Of a stretch of 60,184 bases of DNA, positions 46,430-55,688 are shown in pieces (within the stretch, counting starts at the first letter, position 1; every line of letters starts with the position of its first letter). The notes below the pieces were generated by a model. It had not been told where the DNA came from and made no database searches. It was given only the letters and a program-made list of their open reading frames with translations. Position numbers and translations under genes: made by a program. The stretch is from Bacteroidales bacterium (GTDB taxonomy: Bacteria; Bacteroidota; Bacteroidia; Bacteroidales; VadinHA17): NCBI GenBank assembly GCA_019429325.1, contig JAHYJA010000001.1:1-60184 (forward strand), in the 5' to 3' direction.

Positions 46430-46890
46430 TTATCGGAAAACTTATAGGGATCGTCATACGATATATCATCCGGCAGTTCGTTGACATCATCCGGCATTCG
46501 GGGGAAATGATCCTTAAGCTGTTCACCTGCAAGCAGGATGGCTTCCGCCAGCCCTTCAGCAAATCTTCCCTGGTTGAAACGCTCCTGAAGAAGCTCTTTT
46601 ATCCTGTCCCAGAAATCCCCGGCGACCTGCGCGTTTATTCCCGAGTCTCCAATAACGGCAAACTGTCTGCTCCTGACAGCCAGATAGAAGAGGACCCCAT
46701 TTCTCAGCTCCGTCCGGTGCATACCGATCTTTTTGAAGATCCATGCCGCCCGGTCCATAACATCTCCCTCCAGAGCCGTCTCAATGTGAACCCGTATCTC
46801 TCCCGAAGTGGCCTTCTCAGCCTCCCTGATTGCAGAAAGAATATAATCCTGCTGATCACGCGAGAAAAAATCCGAGGCTCTGATTTCCAT
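46426..46890 (-). CDS. TPM-domain protein (TLP18.3/Psb32/MOLO-1-type putative phosphatase), cytoplasmic-type
   Basis: 154 aa with a TSGEIRVHIE motif. There is a 4-nt overlap with the downstream TPM gene. Confidence 0.7.
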   Translation of the reverse strand: MEIRASDFFSRDQQDYILSAIREAEKATSGEIRVHIETALEGDVMDRAAWIFKKIGMHRTELRNGVLFYLAVRSRQFAVIGDSGINAQVAGDFWDRIKELLQERFNQGRFAEGLAEAILLAGEQLKDHFPRMPDDVNELPDDISYDDPYKFSDK

Positions 46891-46903
46891 GCTCTTCCCT
46901 GTT

Positions 46904-47506
46904 TCAGAATTTTACCTGGGGCGCTTTCTCAGTGCCGGCGTCCGCTTCGAAATAAGGTTTTTCGTGAAATCCGAACATCGCCGCAAGGATTCTCTGGGGA
47001 AACTGTTTAACAAATGAATTGTAGGCTAATGTCACTTCGTTGAATCTTCTCCTTTCAACGGAGATCCTGTTCTCGGTCCCTTCCAGTTCGATCTGGAGAT
47101 CCCTGAAATTCTGAGTGGCTCTCAGTTCCGGATATTGCTCAACAACCACCATCAGCCTCGACAGGGCAGAACTCAGACCCTCCTGTGCCTGCTGGAACTG
47201 CTGCATGTTCTCCGCAGTCATGTTTGCAGGATCAATATTAACTGAAGTAGCCCTGGCCCTTGCTTCAATAACTTGTGTAAGTGTTGATTGCTCAAAAGCG
47301 GCAGCTCCCTTGACCGTTTCCACGAAGTTTGGGATCAGGTCCGCCCTGCGCTGGTATTGAGTCTCAATATTACCCCACTGGCTGGTGACAGCTTCACTCA
47401 TCGTAACCATGTTGTTGTAGATCCTGGTACCCCAGAGAACAATGCCAAGCGCAATGAGCAAGAGAAAGCCGGCTAAGATTATCCAGATTAAACAACCTTT
47501 CTTCAT
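46904..47506 (-). CDS. lemA: LemA family membrane protein
   Basis: N-terminal TM helix and conserved QYQRRADLIPNFVETVKG and YPELRA motifs. Confidence 0.85.
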   Translation of the reverse strand: MKKGCLIWIILAGFLLLIALGIVLWGTRIYNNMVTMSEAVTSQWGNIETQYQRRADLIPNFVETVKGAAAFEQSTLTQVIEARARATSVNIDPANMTAENMQQFQQAQEGLSSALSRLMVVVEQYPELRATQNFRDLQIELEGTENRISVERRRFNEVTLAYNSFVKQFPQRILAAMFGFHEKPYFEADAGTEKAPQVKF

Positions 47507-47529
47507 CTTTCTGATATTTATTATTTATT

Positions 47530-47537
47530 CAAAGATA
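47530..47537 (-). promoter_or_regulatory. Bacteroidota -7 promoter box
   Basis: CAAAGATA lies 24 nt upstream of the lemA start. Confidence 0.45.
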
Positions 47538-47564
47538 CTTAAACAGCAGATTATTACAAATGAC

Positions 47565-47572
47565 TAAATTTG
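47565..47572 (+). promoter_or_regulatory. Bacteroidota -7 promoter box
   Basis: TAAATTTG lies 23 nt upstream of the ATG at 47595. Confidence 0.45.
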
Positions 47573-47594
47573 GAAATCAATAATTGTGGCCAGG

Positions 47595-48581
47595 ATGAGA
47601 ACAATAGCAATAGTTGCCGGAGGTAATTCTTCTGAATACGAGATCTCTGTAAAAAGCGCGAATGAAGTGAGTAAGACATTGTCTGCCAGATATATAACCT
47701 ATATCATAATGATCCGTGGCATCAACTGGTACTGGGAGGATCCCAAAGGGCGCTTCCACGCTGTTGACAAGAATGATTTTTCCCTGATGACCGATGATGC
47801 CAGGATAAGATTTGATGCCGTCTTCATAGCCATACATGGCACCCCGGGTGAGGACGGGCTACTGCAGGGTTATCTCGACATGCTGGAAATTCCGTATACA
47901 AGCTGCAGCTCTTTTTGCTCAGCCCTCACCTTCAACAAACAGGCCTGCAAGTCATATCTCAGAGAATACGGGATTCCTATGGCTGATTCAGTCTTAATAA
48001 ACAGGAGGGAAGTTCCCGCTACTTCTGAGATTATCAGCAGAACCGGATTGCCCTGTTTTGTCAAACCCAACGCGAGCGGGTCGAGCTTTGGGGTAAGCAA
48101 GGTCACAAAGGAGGAAGAGTTATCATCTGCCATCGAAAAAGCTTTTCATGAGAGCCCGCAGGTGATGGTGGAAGCGTTTATGGAGGGGCGTGAGGTCGGA
48201 TGCGGAGTTGTAAAATCCGGGGAAAAAACTTTGGTATTGCCTGTAACCGAGATCATCAGCAAGAATGATTTTTTCGACTACGAAGCCAAATACACTCCCG
48301 GGAGGTCTGATGAGATCACTCCCGCCGACCTGCCGGTAGAGATCACAGATGAAATTCAGGAAATGAGCTCAGCTGTTTATGACATCCTTGGCTGCAACGG
48401 GATTGTCAGGGTTGATTTTATTATCGTCGGCACGAGGCCATTTTTCCTTGAGATCAATACTGTCCCCGGGATGACGCCGGAAAGCATAGTGCCAAAGCAG
48501 GCAGAGGCTGCGGGGGTAGCGCTTGAGGAGCTCTATTCGATGGTGGTCGAAGACTGTATAAGAAGGGGCGTTACGGCGTAG
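47595..48581 (+). CDS. ddl: D-alanine--D-alanine ligase
   Basis: N-terminal MRTIAIVAGGNSSEYEIS, then HGTPGEDG, an ATP-grasp core and C-terminal EINTVPGMT. The last 5 codons and the TAG stop lie inside the GGGGCGTTACGGCGTA array. Confidence 0.9.
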   Translation: MRTIAIVAGGNSSEYEISVKSANEVSKTLSARYITYIIMIRGINWYWEDPKGRFHAVDKNDFSLMTDDARIRFDAVFIAIHGTPGEDGLLQGYLDMLEIPYTSCSSFCSALTFNKQACKSYLREYGIPMADSVLINRREVPATSEIISRTGLPCFVKPNASGSSFGVSKVTKEEELSSAIEKAFHESPQVMVEAFMEGREVGCGVVKSGEKTLVLPVTEIISKNDFFDYEAKYTPGRSDEITPADLPVEITDEIQEMSSAVYDILGCNGIVRVDFIIVGTRPFFLEINTVPGMTPESIVPKQAEAAGVALEELYSMVVEDCIRRGVTA

Positions 48582-48622
48582 GGGCGTTACGGCGTAGGGG
48601 CGTAGGGGCGTAGGGGCGTTAC
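48565..48622. repeat. Nested 16-mer/8-mer tandem array (GGGGCGTTACGGCGTA x2, GGGGCGTA x2, GGGGCGTTAC)
   Basis: Perfect copies. The array contains the ddl stop codon. Confidence 0.95.
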
Positions 48623-48626
48623 ACGT

Positions 48627-48655
48627 TGTGCCACTATGCAGCTGTGCCGCTATGC
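48627..48655. repeat. Direct repeat TGTGCCNCTATGC x2 (16-nt period)
   Basis: tgtgccactatgc agc tgtgccgctatgc. Confidence 0.8.
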
Positions 48656-48669
48656 CGTAATGCCGTTTG

Positions 48670-50055
48670 TTATTCCAGTGCTTTTTTAAGGGCGCTCGTT
48701 GTTGTGTAATATTTCGTTATCATTCCCGGCACTTCCCAGTCAGGCAGTTTGCCTGCTTCCATGTACTCCAGGAACTTTCCGGTAACCTGGCCGAAATGAG
48801 CCTCATGTCCGACCCTGTAGCTATCCGGGATATTGATCTTAAGTGTCTTTGCATTAACGGCCTCAACTATAAGGTTTTCGTAGGGCAGGGATGCCAGTGC
48901 ACTCTTTAGTTTCTCAGTGAAAAGATCCATATTAATACCCTTTACATTTTCAATGTAAAAGGTAGGTACATATTTCTCATCAGCCCCCTGTTTGATCACA
49001 AGATCGCATTGAGTTCCCCGCATCACCGAATAATGAGTATCTCCTGCTCCGGGAGGTGCCTGGTAATTCCATTCAACAGATACTTTGGCATATATTCCTT
49101 TTAACCGGTAGACCATCTCTCCGTTGGCGTAAACATTCAGCTTCCCATCCTTCACATCCTTCTGGAGGTAAGGAGGAAAATCCTCAATGCCGGTAACTCC
49201 CCTGAACTCCTCCTTCGACATTACTGTTGGCCATCTCCTGGCTTCAATCATCTCCACGTCTGATATGCTCAGGATCTGCTCAGGGAAGCACTCCCACTGA
49301 ATAAGATCTACAAGGTGTGTCGTCACATCAACTATTCCTTCCCCCTGCTGATCAACATCAAAAAACCAGGCCGGACGTATCAGCGGGGCTCCGGAAACAA
49401 TCTTTGAGAAATGGTGAACACTTACCTTTGTTACTGCAGGATCCTCCTTACTGCCGGTTACAAGTTTCCCAAAGACCTCTTCCTTTTGTGACAGAAGCTT
49501 CTGAAGTATTGTAGTTATCTCATACCGCTCAGTCATGATATCGTAAAGCAGGATGCCCTTCTCCTGTGCAGCGCGGAATGCTTTCTCAAGTCCTGGAAAA
49601 TCTTCCGGAAGAATGATCATTGGTTTGTCTGCAAGCACGTTAAGGCCTCCGGCTACTGATCTGCTTATATATTCGGCTTTTTTTCTGTTGTTACCTGAAA
49701 GAACAACCACATTACCGGGCTTTTCCGAAAGCATCTTTTCAAAGAAATCATCTCCCCGGTAAATGACTTCATTCCAGGCTGTCGGATCGGCCTCCCTTGC
49801 GTTGTACGACTCTATCCTGTCGAGATGTTGCTGAACATCAGGACCTTCAGGAGCATAAACATAAACATCTGGGGATACCTGATCGTACATGATTTTCTGA
49901 ACAAGGGCGGCATGAAAATGCCCGGGATCGACAGTGATTAATTTAACCTGATAATCATTTTTCATTGAGTCTGCCGGTTTTTTCTGTGAGCCTCCTGAGC
50001 CGCACGAACTCAGCAAAACTACAGCTGTGAGTATTAACAATAAGATCTTCTTCAT
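48670..50055 (-). CDS. Lipoprotein, putative oxidoreductase (Gfo/Idh/MocA-like N-terminus with a distinct C-terminal domain)
   Basis: Lipobox LLSSCGS. The KLITVDPGHFHAALVQK segment resembles the family annotated as putative oxidoreductase with the Oxidoreduct_C domain. This is from recollection only. Confidence 0.45.
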   Translation of the reverse strand: MKKILLLILTAVVLLSSCGSGGSQKKPADSMKNDYQVKLITVDPGHFHAALVQKIMYDQVSPDVYVYAPEGPDVQQHLDRIESYNAREADPTAWNEVIYRGDDFFEKMLSEKPGNVVVLSGNNRKKAEYISRSVAGGLNVLADKPMIILPEDFPGLEKAFRAAQEKGILLYDIMTERYEITTILQKLLSQKEEVFGKLVTGSKEDPAVTKVSVHHFSKIVSGAPLIRPAWFFDVDQQGEGIVDVTTHLVDLIQWECFPEQILSISDVEMIEARRWPTVMSKEEFRGVTGIEDFPPYLQKDVKDGKLNVYANGEMVYRLKGIYAKVSVEWNYQAPPGAGDTHYSVMRGTQCDLVIKQGADEKYVPTFYIENVKGINMDLFTEKLKSALASLPYENLIVEAVNAKTLKINIPDSYRVGHEAHFGQVTGKFLEYMEAGKLPDWEVPGMITKYYTTTSALKKALE

Positions 50056-50090
50056 TTCTCTGTGATTTATATTATTGCCGGTTGTTTATC

Positions 50091-50187
50091 AAACTCTGAA
50101 ACTCTGAACCGAGGCGCTCCGCGCCGAGCTCGCCGTAGGCAAACTCTGAAACTCTGAAACTCTGAAACTCTGAAACTCTGAAACCTG
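50091..50187. repeat. Octamer tandem arrays (AAACTCTG x2 and x~5.9) flanking a GC-rich core hairpin
   Basis: Arrays lie at 50091-50106 and 50141-50187. The core at 50111-50140 contains GGCGC-TCC-GCGCC. Confidence 0.95.
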
Positions 50188-50189
50188 TT

Positions 50190-51221
50190 TTAATGATTCT
50201 TTACTGCTTCAATAAATGCCATGATATTTTCGCTTTTAACATCAGGCGGCATCCCTCCACCTACGGACCATATAACATGACTGTAGTCATCCGTTTCACT
50301 GAAAGCCCTGGCAACTGCACTTTTCACATCCTCCGGTGTTCCGGCAGCCATAACATCCCTTGGCGGAACGTTTCCGACAAGTATTACATCCGGACCGGCA
50401 AGCTCCCTTATCTCACCCATGGTGTGTGTGAATGAAAAATTAAACATATTGACACCCATTTCAGTCAGGTATTTTGCTGTGATCAGCCCCTCAGCGTCAT
50501 TGTGAAGAAAGCGGACCTTTGAGCCTGTCGTGGCGAAAATCTTACTGAAGTATGGCAGCACAAATTCTCTGAATTCATCTTCTCCGACAAAACCGATTAT
50601 ATCATCAAGTATCAGCACTCCATCAATGGACGGGAAACACTCCTTCTGCCAGCTAATCCAGTCGCATATAAAATCCGTGATCTTTCTTATCAAACGGTGA
50701 GAACCCTCGGGATCCATTGCCAGTGCCATCATAAACTCTGTTGTGCCCATCAGGAAACTGGCAATGTTCAGTGGTCCCCTGGCGATTGCAAACCTGATCT
50801 GATGACCGGCATCCCTTATGGCATTTTCGTTGTTCCTCAGTCTGCTTATCATGAAGGGAAGCAACCCGTCAGTTTTAACGTTTGGCTGTGGCAGCGAAGC
50901 CGCCTCCGAGATATCTGAAATGATCCTGTCAGCATGAGGAAGGTTTTTCTCCAGGAACACCATCCTTGAACCAAAAGCAGATGGTTCGGTACACATACCA
51001 TACTCCGACCAGAAGCCGGGCATGAACCATACATCGGGAAATGTGTTCACCGCCTTGAGGTTAGCCTTGAGCCACATCTCGTCAGATGCGTAGAAATCAA
51101 CATTGGATATACCATACCAGCCTGGTATCCAGGGGCTGTCAATAATAAAGCCTGATGGTTTGTATTCCGGCTTAATTCCGTTGATCATCCTGATCAGATC
51201 ATCCCATGATGAGTTTCGCAT
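50190..51221 (-). CDS. Uroporphyrinogen decarboxylase (URO-D) family protein / MtaA-CmuA-like
   Basis: 343 aa with a TIM-barrel-like pattern and RFLHNDAEG and GGGMPPD segments reminiscent of the URO-D family. This is a low-certainty by-eye call. Confidence 0.4.
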   Translation of the reverse strand: MRNSSWDDLIRMINGIKPEYKPSGFIIDSPWIPGWYGISNVDFYASDEMWLKANLKAVNTFPDVWFMPGFWSEYGMCTEPSAFGSRMVFLEKNLPHADRIISDISEAASLPQPNVKTDGLLPFMISRLRNNENAIRDAGHQIRFAIARGPLNIASFLMGTTEFMMALAMDPEGSHRLIRKITDFICDWISWQKECFPSIDGVLILDDIIGFVGEDEFREFVLPYFSKIFATTGSKVRFLHNDAEGLITAKYLTEMGVNMFNFSFTHTMGEIRELAGPDVILVGNVPPRDVMAAGTPEDVKSAVARAFSETDDYSHVIWSVGGGMPPDVKSENIMAFIEAVKNH

Positions 51222-51277
51222 ATTCCCGGGGATAAATAATGTAAATCTGCTTCGACTTTAAAATTGAGAATTATTTT

Positions 51278-54169
51278 TCAGGAATTAAAATTAAATGTCT
51301 CCATTCTGTACGAATCGATCGGATCGCATATGCAAACCAGGTTTCTGTCGCCGTACCCGTCGTCGACACGCCCGACTGAAGGCCAGAACTTGCTCTCGAC
51401 AATCCATTTAAGAGGAAAGGCTGCTTTCTGCCGGCTGTATGCATGGTTCCATTCATCAGCCGTTACCACTTTAACTGTATGAGGGGCATTGTGAAGAACA
51501 TTATCCTCCTTGTCCGCCTTGCCTTCACTTATCTCCCTGATCTCCTTCCATATCGATTTCAAAGCATCAATGAACTTGTCAAGTTCCTGTAACGACTCTG
51601 ACTCAGTGGGCTCAACCATCAGCGTGCCATGCACCGGGAATGAGAGCGTCGGGGCATGAAATCCATAATCCATGAGTCGTTTGGCGATATCCGCTTCGGT
51701 TATACCTGCTTCAGTCTTGAAATTCCTGCAGTCGAGTATCATCTCATGCGCAACAAATCCTGTTGTGCCGGAATAAAGTGTTTTATACCAGTTTTTCAGT
51801 GATGCGGCAATATAATTCGCATTAAGGATGGCGTATTCCGTAGCCTTCGTCAGTCCGTCAGGACCCATCATCATAATATAGGCATGTGAAATTGCCAGGA
51901 TCAGCCCACTTCCGAAGGGTGCAGAAGCGACCGCTGATATAGCGTGGCTTCCTCCTGTTTTTACATGAGGGTGCGATGGCAGAAATTCCGACAGTTTGTC
52001 ATTCACGAGTATGGGTCCCATCCCTGGGCCACCACCTCCGTGGGGAATAGCAAATGTCTTGTGAAGGTTAAGATGGCACACATCAGCGCCTATGTGACCG
52101 GGATTTGTCAGCCCGACCTGTGCGTTCATATTGGCACCATCCATATATACAAGACCTCCGTTTTCGTGGATGATTTTGCACATCTCCGTCACCTCTGCTT
52201 CGAAAACACCGTGCGTTGAGGGATAGGTAATCATAAAGCATGAAAGGGCCTCCCTGTTCTCCTCAGCCTTCCTTCTAAGGTCTTCCAGACTGATATTCCC
52301 TTTCTCGTCACACTCCACGACAACAACCTTCATCCCTGCCATTACCGCACTAGCAGGGTTTGTACCGTGAGCCGATGAAGGGATAAGGGCTATGTTCCGG
52401 TGCCCCTCCCCTCTGGTCTGGTGATACTCCCTGATCACAAGCAGTCCGGTATATTCACCCGCTGCTCCCGAGTTAGGCTGGAAGGAAATGGCCGGAAAGC
52501 CTGTGATCTCCTTAAGGGCTTCACCCAGCTCATCCATAAGCTGGTAGTAACCCTCAGCCTGATCTTTGGGTACAAAGGGATGAATATTCGCAAATTCCGG
52601 CCAGCTCAGAGGAAACATTGATGTTGCAGGATTCAGCTTCATCGTACATGATCCAAGCGATATCATACTGTGTGTCAATGAGAAATCCTTGCGCTCCAGC
52701 ATCTTGATATAGCGCATCATCTCTGTCTCGCTGTGATACCTGTTAAAAGCCGGTCCCCTGAGGAAGGTTGATTTTCTTATAAACTTCTCTTCGAAACAGT
52801 TGCAATCACACAACGATTCGATCTTCTCAGCCTGCCTGCCTGCCGCTTTGGCAAATATCCCGGCAATAATGTTTATCTCATTCAGGGAGGTCACTTCATC
52901 GGTACTTATAATAACAGTGTCATCCTCCGGATAATAGAAATTCATTCCTGCCTCTTCTGCTTCTCTTCGTATTTCGTCCGGTTTAATACCTTCGTGCAGG
53001 CCAATTTTTATAGTGTCAAAGAACTGGGAGTTATGCTGAATATACCCGAGCTTCCTTAGGGCTGTACCAAGTGTGCAGGAAGACTGGTTGATATGGTTGG
53101 CTATTCTTCTGAGGCCCTCCGGCCCGTGATACTGGGCATACATACCCGACATTGTTGCCAGCAGCGCCTGTGCCGTGCATATGTTTGATGTTGCCCTCTC
53201 ACGCTTGATATGCTGTTCTCTTGTCTGAAGCGCCATCCTCATCGCATGATTGCCCTGGGCATCGACCGAAACGCCTATTATGCGCCCGGGCATATTTCTT
53301 TTAAGCTCCTCACGGGTGGCAAAGAATCCGGCATGAGGGCCGCCAAAACTCATTGGCAGTCCCATACGCTGATTGGAACCCACAACAATATCCGCTCCCC
53401 ATTCACCGGGAGGAGTGAGCAGGGCAAGGCTCATCAGATCAGCTGCTGCTGCAACAAGGAGACCGGCTTTGTGCACTCTGTCAGTAAATTCCGCGAAGTC
53501 GCGTATCATCCCCGAAGCTGACGGATACTGTATGAATGCTCCGAAGAACGATTCATCCGGCACAAATTCGTTAAAACTGCCTCTGACAATCTCAATGCCA
53601 AGAGGTTTCGAGCGTGTCTCGATAACAGCAAGCGTCTGAAGGAAGATATCATTGTCAACAAAGAACCTGTTCGATCCTGCTTTGACAGCGGCCCGCGACC
53701 GCGCATTGAACATCATTATCATTGCCTCGGCCGCAGCGGTCGATTCATCAAGAAGAGAAGCATTGGCAACCTGCATTCCGGTCAGCTCGATGATCATCGT
53801 CTGGAAATTGAGGAGAGCCTCAAGCCTTCCCTGAGAGATCTCGGCCTGGTAGGGAGTATAGGAGGTATACCATGAAGGATTTTCAAGAACATTCCTGATT
53901 ACTACCGATAAGGGTGCAACACCATAGTATCCCTGACCAATGAACGACCTGTTCATCCTGTTCCTGATGCCGAGCCTCCTGATATGAGTGAGGTATTCGT
54001 ATTCACTCATGGCATCCGGAAGAGTGAGGGCTTTTTTCAGCCTTATATTGCCCGGAACGGTCTTGCTGATCAGCTCCTCCAGAGAGCCAACCCCTATAAC
54101 TTTCAGCATTTGAGGAAGATCATGTTCCCGGGGACCGTTATGGCGGTTAACAAATTTATCAGTTGACAT
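51278..54169 (-). CDS. gcvP: Glycine dehydrogenase (decarboxylating), single-chain P protein
   Basis: 963 aa. N-terminal FVNRHNGP, YTPYQAEISQGRLE and the PLP-lysine region NLHKTFAIPHGGGGPG. Confidence 0.95.
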   Translation of the reverse strand: MSTDKFVNRHNGPREHDLPQMLKVIGVGSLEELISKTVPGNIRLKKALTLPDAMSEYEYLTHIRRLGIRNRMNRSFIGQGYYGVAPLSVVIRNVLENPSWYTSYTPYQAEISQGRLEALLNFQTMIIELTGMQVANASLLDESTAAAEAMIMMFNARSRAAVKAGSNRFFVDNDIFLQTLAVIETRSKPLGIEIVRGSFNEFVPDESFFGAFIQYPSASGMIRDFAEFTDRVHKAGLLVAAAADLMSLALLTPPGEWGADIVVGSNQRMGLPMSFGGPHAGFFATREELKRNMPGRIIGVSVDAQGNHAMRMALQTREQHIKRERATSNICTAQALLATMSGMYAQYHGPEGLRRIANHINQSSCTLGTALRKLGYIQHNSQFFDTIKIGLHEGIKPDEIRREAEEAGMNFYYPEDDTVIISTDEVTSLNEINIIAGIFAKAAGRQAEKIESLCDCNCFEEKFIRKSTFLRGPAFNRYHSETEMMRYIKMLERKDFSLTHSMISLGSCTMKLNPATSMFPLSWPEFANIHPFVPKDQAEGYYQLMDELGEALKEITGFPAISFQPNSGAAGEYTGLLVIREYHQTRGEGHRNIALIPSSAHGTNPASAVMAGMKVVVVECDEKGNISLEDLRRKAEENREALSCFMITYPSTHGVFEAEVTEMCKIIHENGGLVYMDGANMNAQVGLTNPGHIGADVCHLNLHKTFAIPHGGGGPGMGPILVNDKLSEFLPSHPHVKTGGSHAISAVASAPFGSGLILAISHAYIMMMGPDGLTKATEYAILNANYIAASLKNWYKTLYSGTTGFVAHEMILDCRNFKTEAGITEADIAKRLMDYGFHAPTLSFPVHGTLMVEPTESESLQELDKFIDALKSIWKEIREISEGKADKEDNVLHNAPHTVKVVTADEWNHAYSRQKAAFPLKWIVESKFWPSVGRVDDGYGDRNLVCICDPIDSYRMETFNFNS

Positions 54170-54262
54170 ATATTATATTTTGAATTGTAAACAACGATCT
54201 GAAGAATGAGTTCAGAGATCTGCTAAAATAACAATAAGAAAGCAGTAATAAAAAGAAAAGGG

Positions 54263-54904
54263 TCAATGTTGATTAAAATACGGATTGGTCTTAATCTCCT
54301 TTTCTATGGTCGTCGATCCGCCATGACCCGGATAAACGACTGTATCGGGAGGTAAAGTGAAGAGTTTCCCTGAAATGCTTTTTATCAGCGTTCCATAATC
54401 ACCGCCGGGCAGGTCGGTCCTGCCTATACTGCCCGCAAAGAGCGCATCCCCTGTAAATACAACTCCCTCGTGTTCAGAGTAAAAAGAGAGGCTTCCCTTG
54501 CTATGACCGGGGACATGCAACGCTTTTAGGCTTATCTCTCCGAAAGTGATTATCTGGCCGTCAGAGAGGAACCCTTCCGGTTCGGGGGGAGTCTCCATCC
54601 CGAGGCCGAAAAGCATGGCAATGTTAACCGCATTAAGGCGGTTATACTCATCATCCTCACAGCAGAATGAACGGAGCTTATATTTCTCAAGAATGAACCT
54701 GTTTCCGAAAACATGGTCAAGATGGCAGTGAGTGTTCAGAAGGAGAACCGGTTTCAGTCTCCTGCTTTCAATGAAGCCGTCGAGTTTCCGGAATTCATTT
54801 TCGGTATAACAGCCGCAATCTATAATAGCGCAATCTCCCGATTTGTCGGCCAGAACATAGGTATTGACCTCAATGGGTGAGAAAATATGTCTGTAAACTT
54901 CCAT
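54263..54904 (-). CDS. MBL-fold metallo-hydrolase (glyoxalase II-like)
   Basis: HxHxDH motif THCHLDH, then later HVPGHSKGS and GDALF. Confidence 0.85.
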   Translation of the reverse strand: MEVYRHIFSPIEVNTYVLADKSGDCAIIDCGCYTENEFRKLDGFIESRRLKPVLLLNTHCHLDHVFGNRFILEKYKLRSFCCEDDEYNRLNAVNIAMLFGLGMETPPEPEGFLSDGQIITFGEISLKALHVPGHSKGSLSFYSEHEGVVFTGDALFAGSIGRTDLPGGDYGTLIKSISGKLFTLPPDTVVYPGHGGSTTIEKEIKTNPYFNQH

Positions 54905-54910
54905 AAGCGA

Positions 54911-55561
54911 TCATGTGTTATTAACTGTGCCTTTCAGCATCGGGACAAAAACAAAGTTTCCGTGCGAAGAGTATTCATAAGTATCTTCACCTGTCCTGAT
55001 GACCACTGTCATTTCCTGCGAAAAGGAATTTCCCAGGGGAACCACGAGCCTGCCTCCCGTTTTAAGCTGTTTAAGAAGGTTTTCAGGTACTTCCGGAGCG
55101 GCGGCGGTTATTACAATACCGTCGTAGGGGCCATACTGAGGTTTCCCCTCATAACCATCTCCGAAAAAGAAATCGGCACTATAACCAAGTGAAGAAAGCG
55201 TTCTCTGGGCTTTCAGGAATAATTCCCTGTGGCGCTCTATGGTATAGACCTTTGCGCCCATTTCAGCGAGGATAGCTGCCTGATATCCCGAGCCGGTGCC
55301 GATCTCGAGAATCTTATCCTTTCTCTTTATCTTAAGCAGAGATGTCTGGACGGCAACCGTGTAGGGTTGAGAAATTGTTTGCCCGGAGGTGATCGGGAAG
55401 GCTTTATCGACGTAAGCATGGTTCAGGAATGCCGGGTCCATGAAATCATGACGCGGTACTTTGCCAAAAGCTCTTAATACTTCCTCATCGGTTATACCCT
55501 TTTTACGGAGCTCCTCTACAAGCTTTTTTCTTTTGCCTTTTGCCTCGAAATTGTCTGTCAT
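54911..55561 (-). CDS. pcm: Protein-L-isoaspartate O-methyltransferase
   Basis: PRHDF, the ISQPY motif and SAM motif LEIGTGSGYQAA. The start is trimmed to MTDNFEAKG because the 54 extra ORF-track codons translate the tandem arrays. A -7 box lies 25 nt upstream of the trimmed start. Confidence 0.85.
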   Translation of the reverse strand: MTDNFEAKGKRKKLVEELRKKGITDEEVLRAFGKVPRHDFMDPAFLNHAYVDKAFPITSGQTISQPYTVAVQTSLLKIKRKDKILEIGTGSGYQAAILAEMGAKVYTIERHRELFLKAQRTLSSLGYSADFFFGDGYEGKPQYGPYDGIVITAAAPEVPENLLKQLKTGGRLVVPLGNSFSQEMTVVIRTGEDTYEYSSHGNFVFVPMLKGTVNNT

Positions 55562-55585
55562 CAGTTGACCAGGTAGTGTGGGAGA

Positions 55586-55593
55586 CAAAAATA
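55586..55593 (-). promoter_or_regulatory. Bacteroidota -7 promoter box
   Basis: CAAAAATA lies 25 nt upstream of the pcm start at 55561. Confidence 0.45.
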
Positions 55594-55646
55594 AGAAAAA
55601 TGTAACACAACCTTTCTGCCGTTGGCTAAAAGCGGAGGACGGGGAG

Positions 55647-55688
55647 TTGTGATTTGGGATTTGTGATGTGTGATTTGTGATTTGTGAC
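55647..55688. repeat. Heptamer tandem array (TTGTGAT) x6
   Basis: ttgtgat ttgggat ttgtgat gtgtgat ttgtgat ttgtgac. Confidence 0.9.

Noticed and set aside
54170-54262. Possible glycine riboswitch upstream of gcvP.
   Set aside because: The 93-nt leader is AT-rich and lacks the conserved GGAGAG...CACCG-type cores of glycine aptamers. It has only a weak CTGAA/TTCAG stem.
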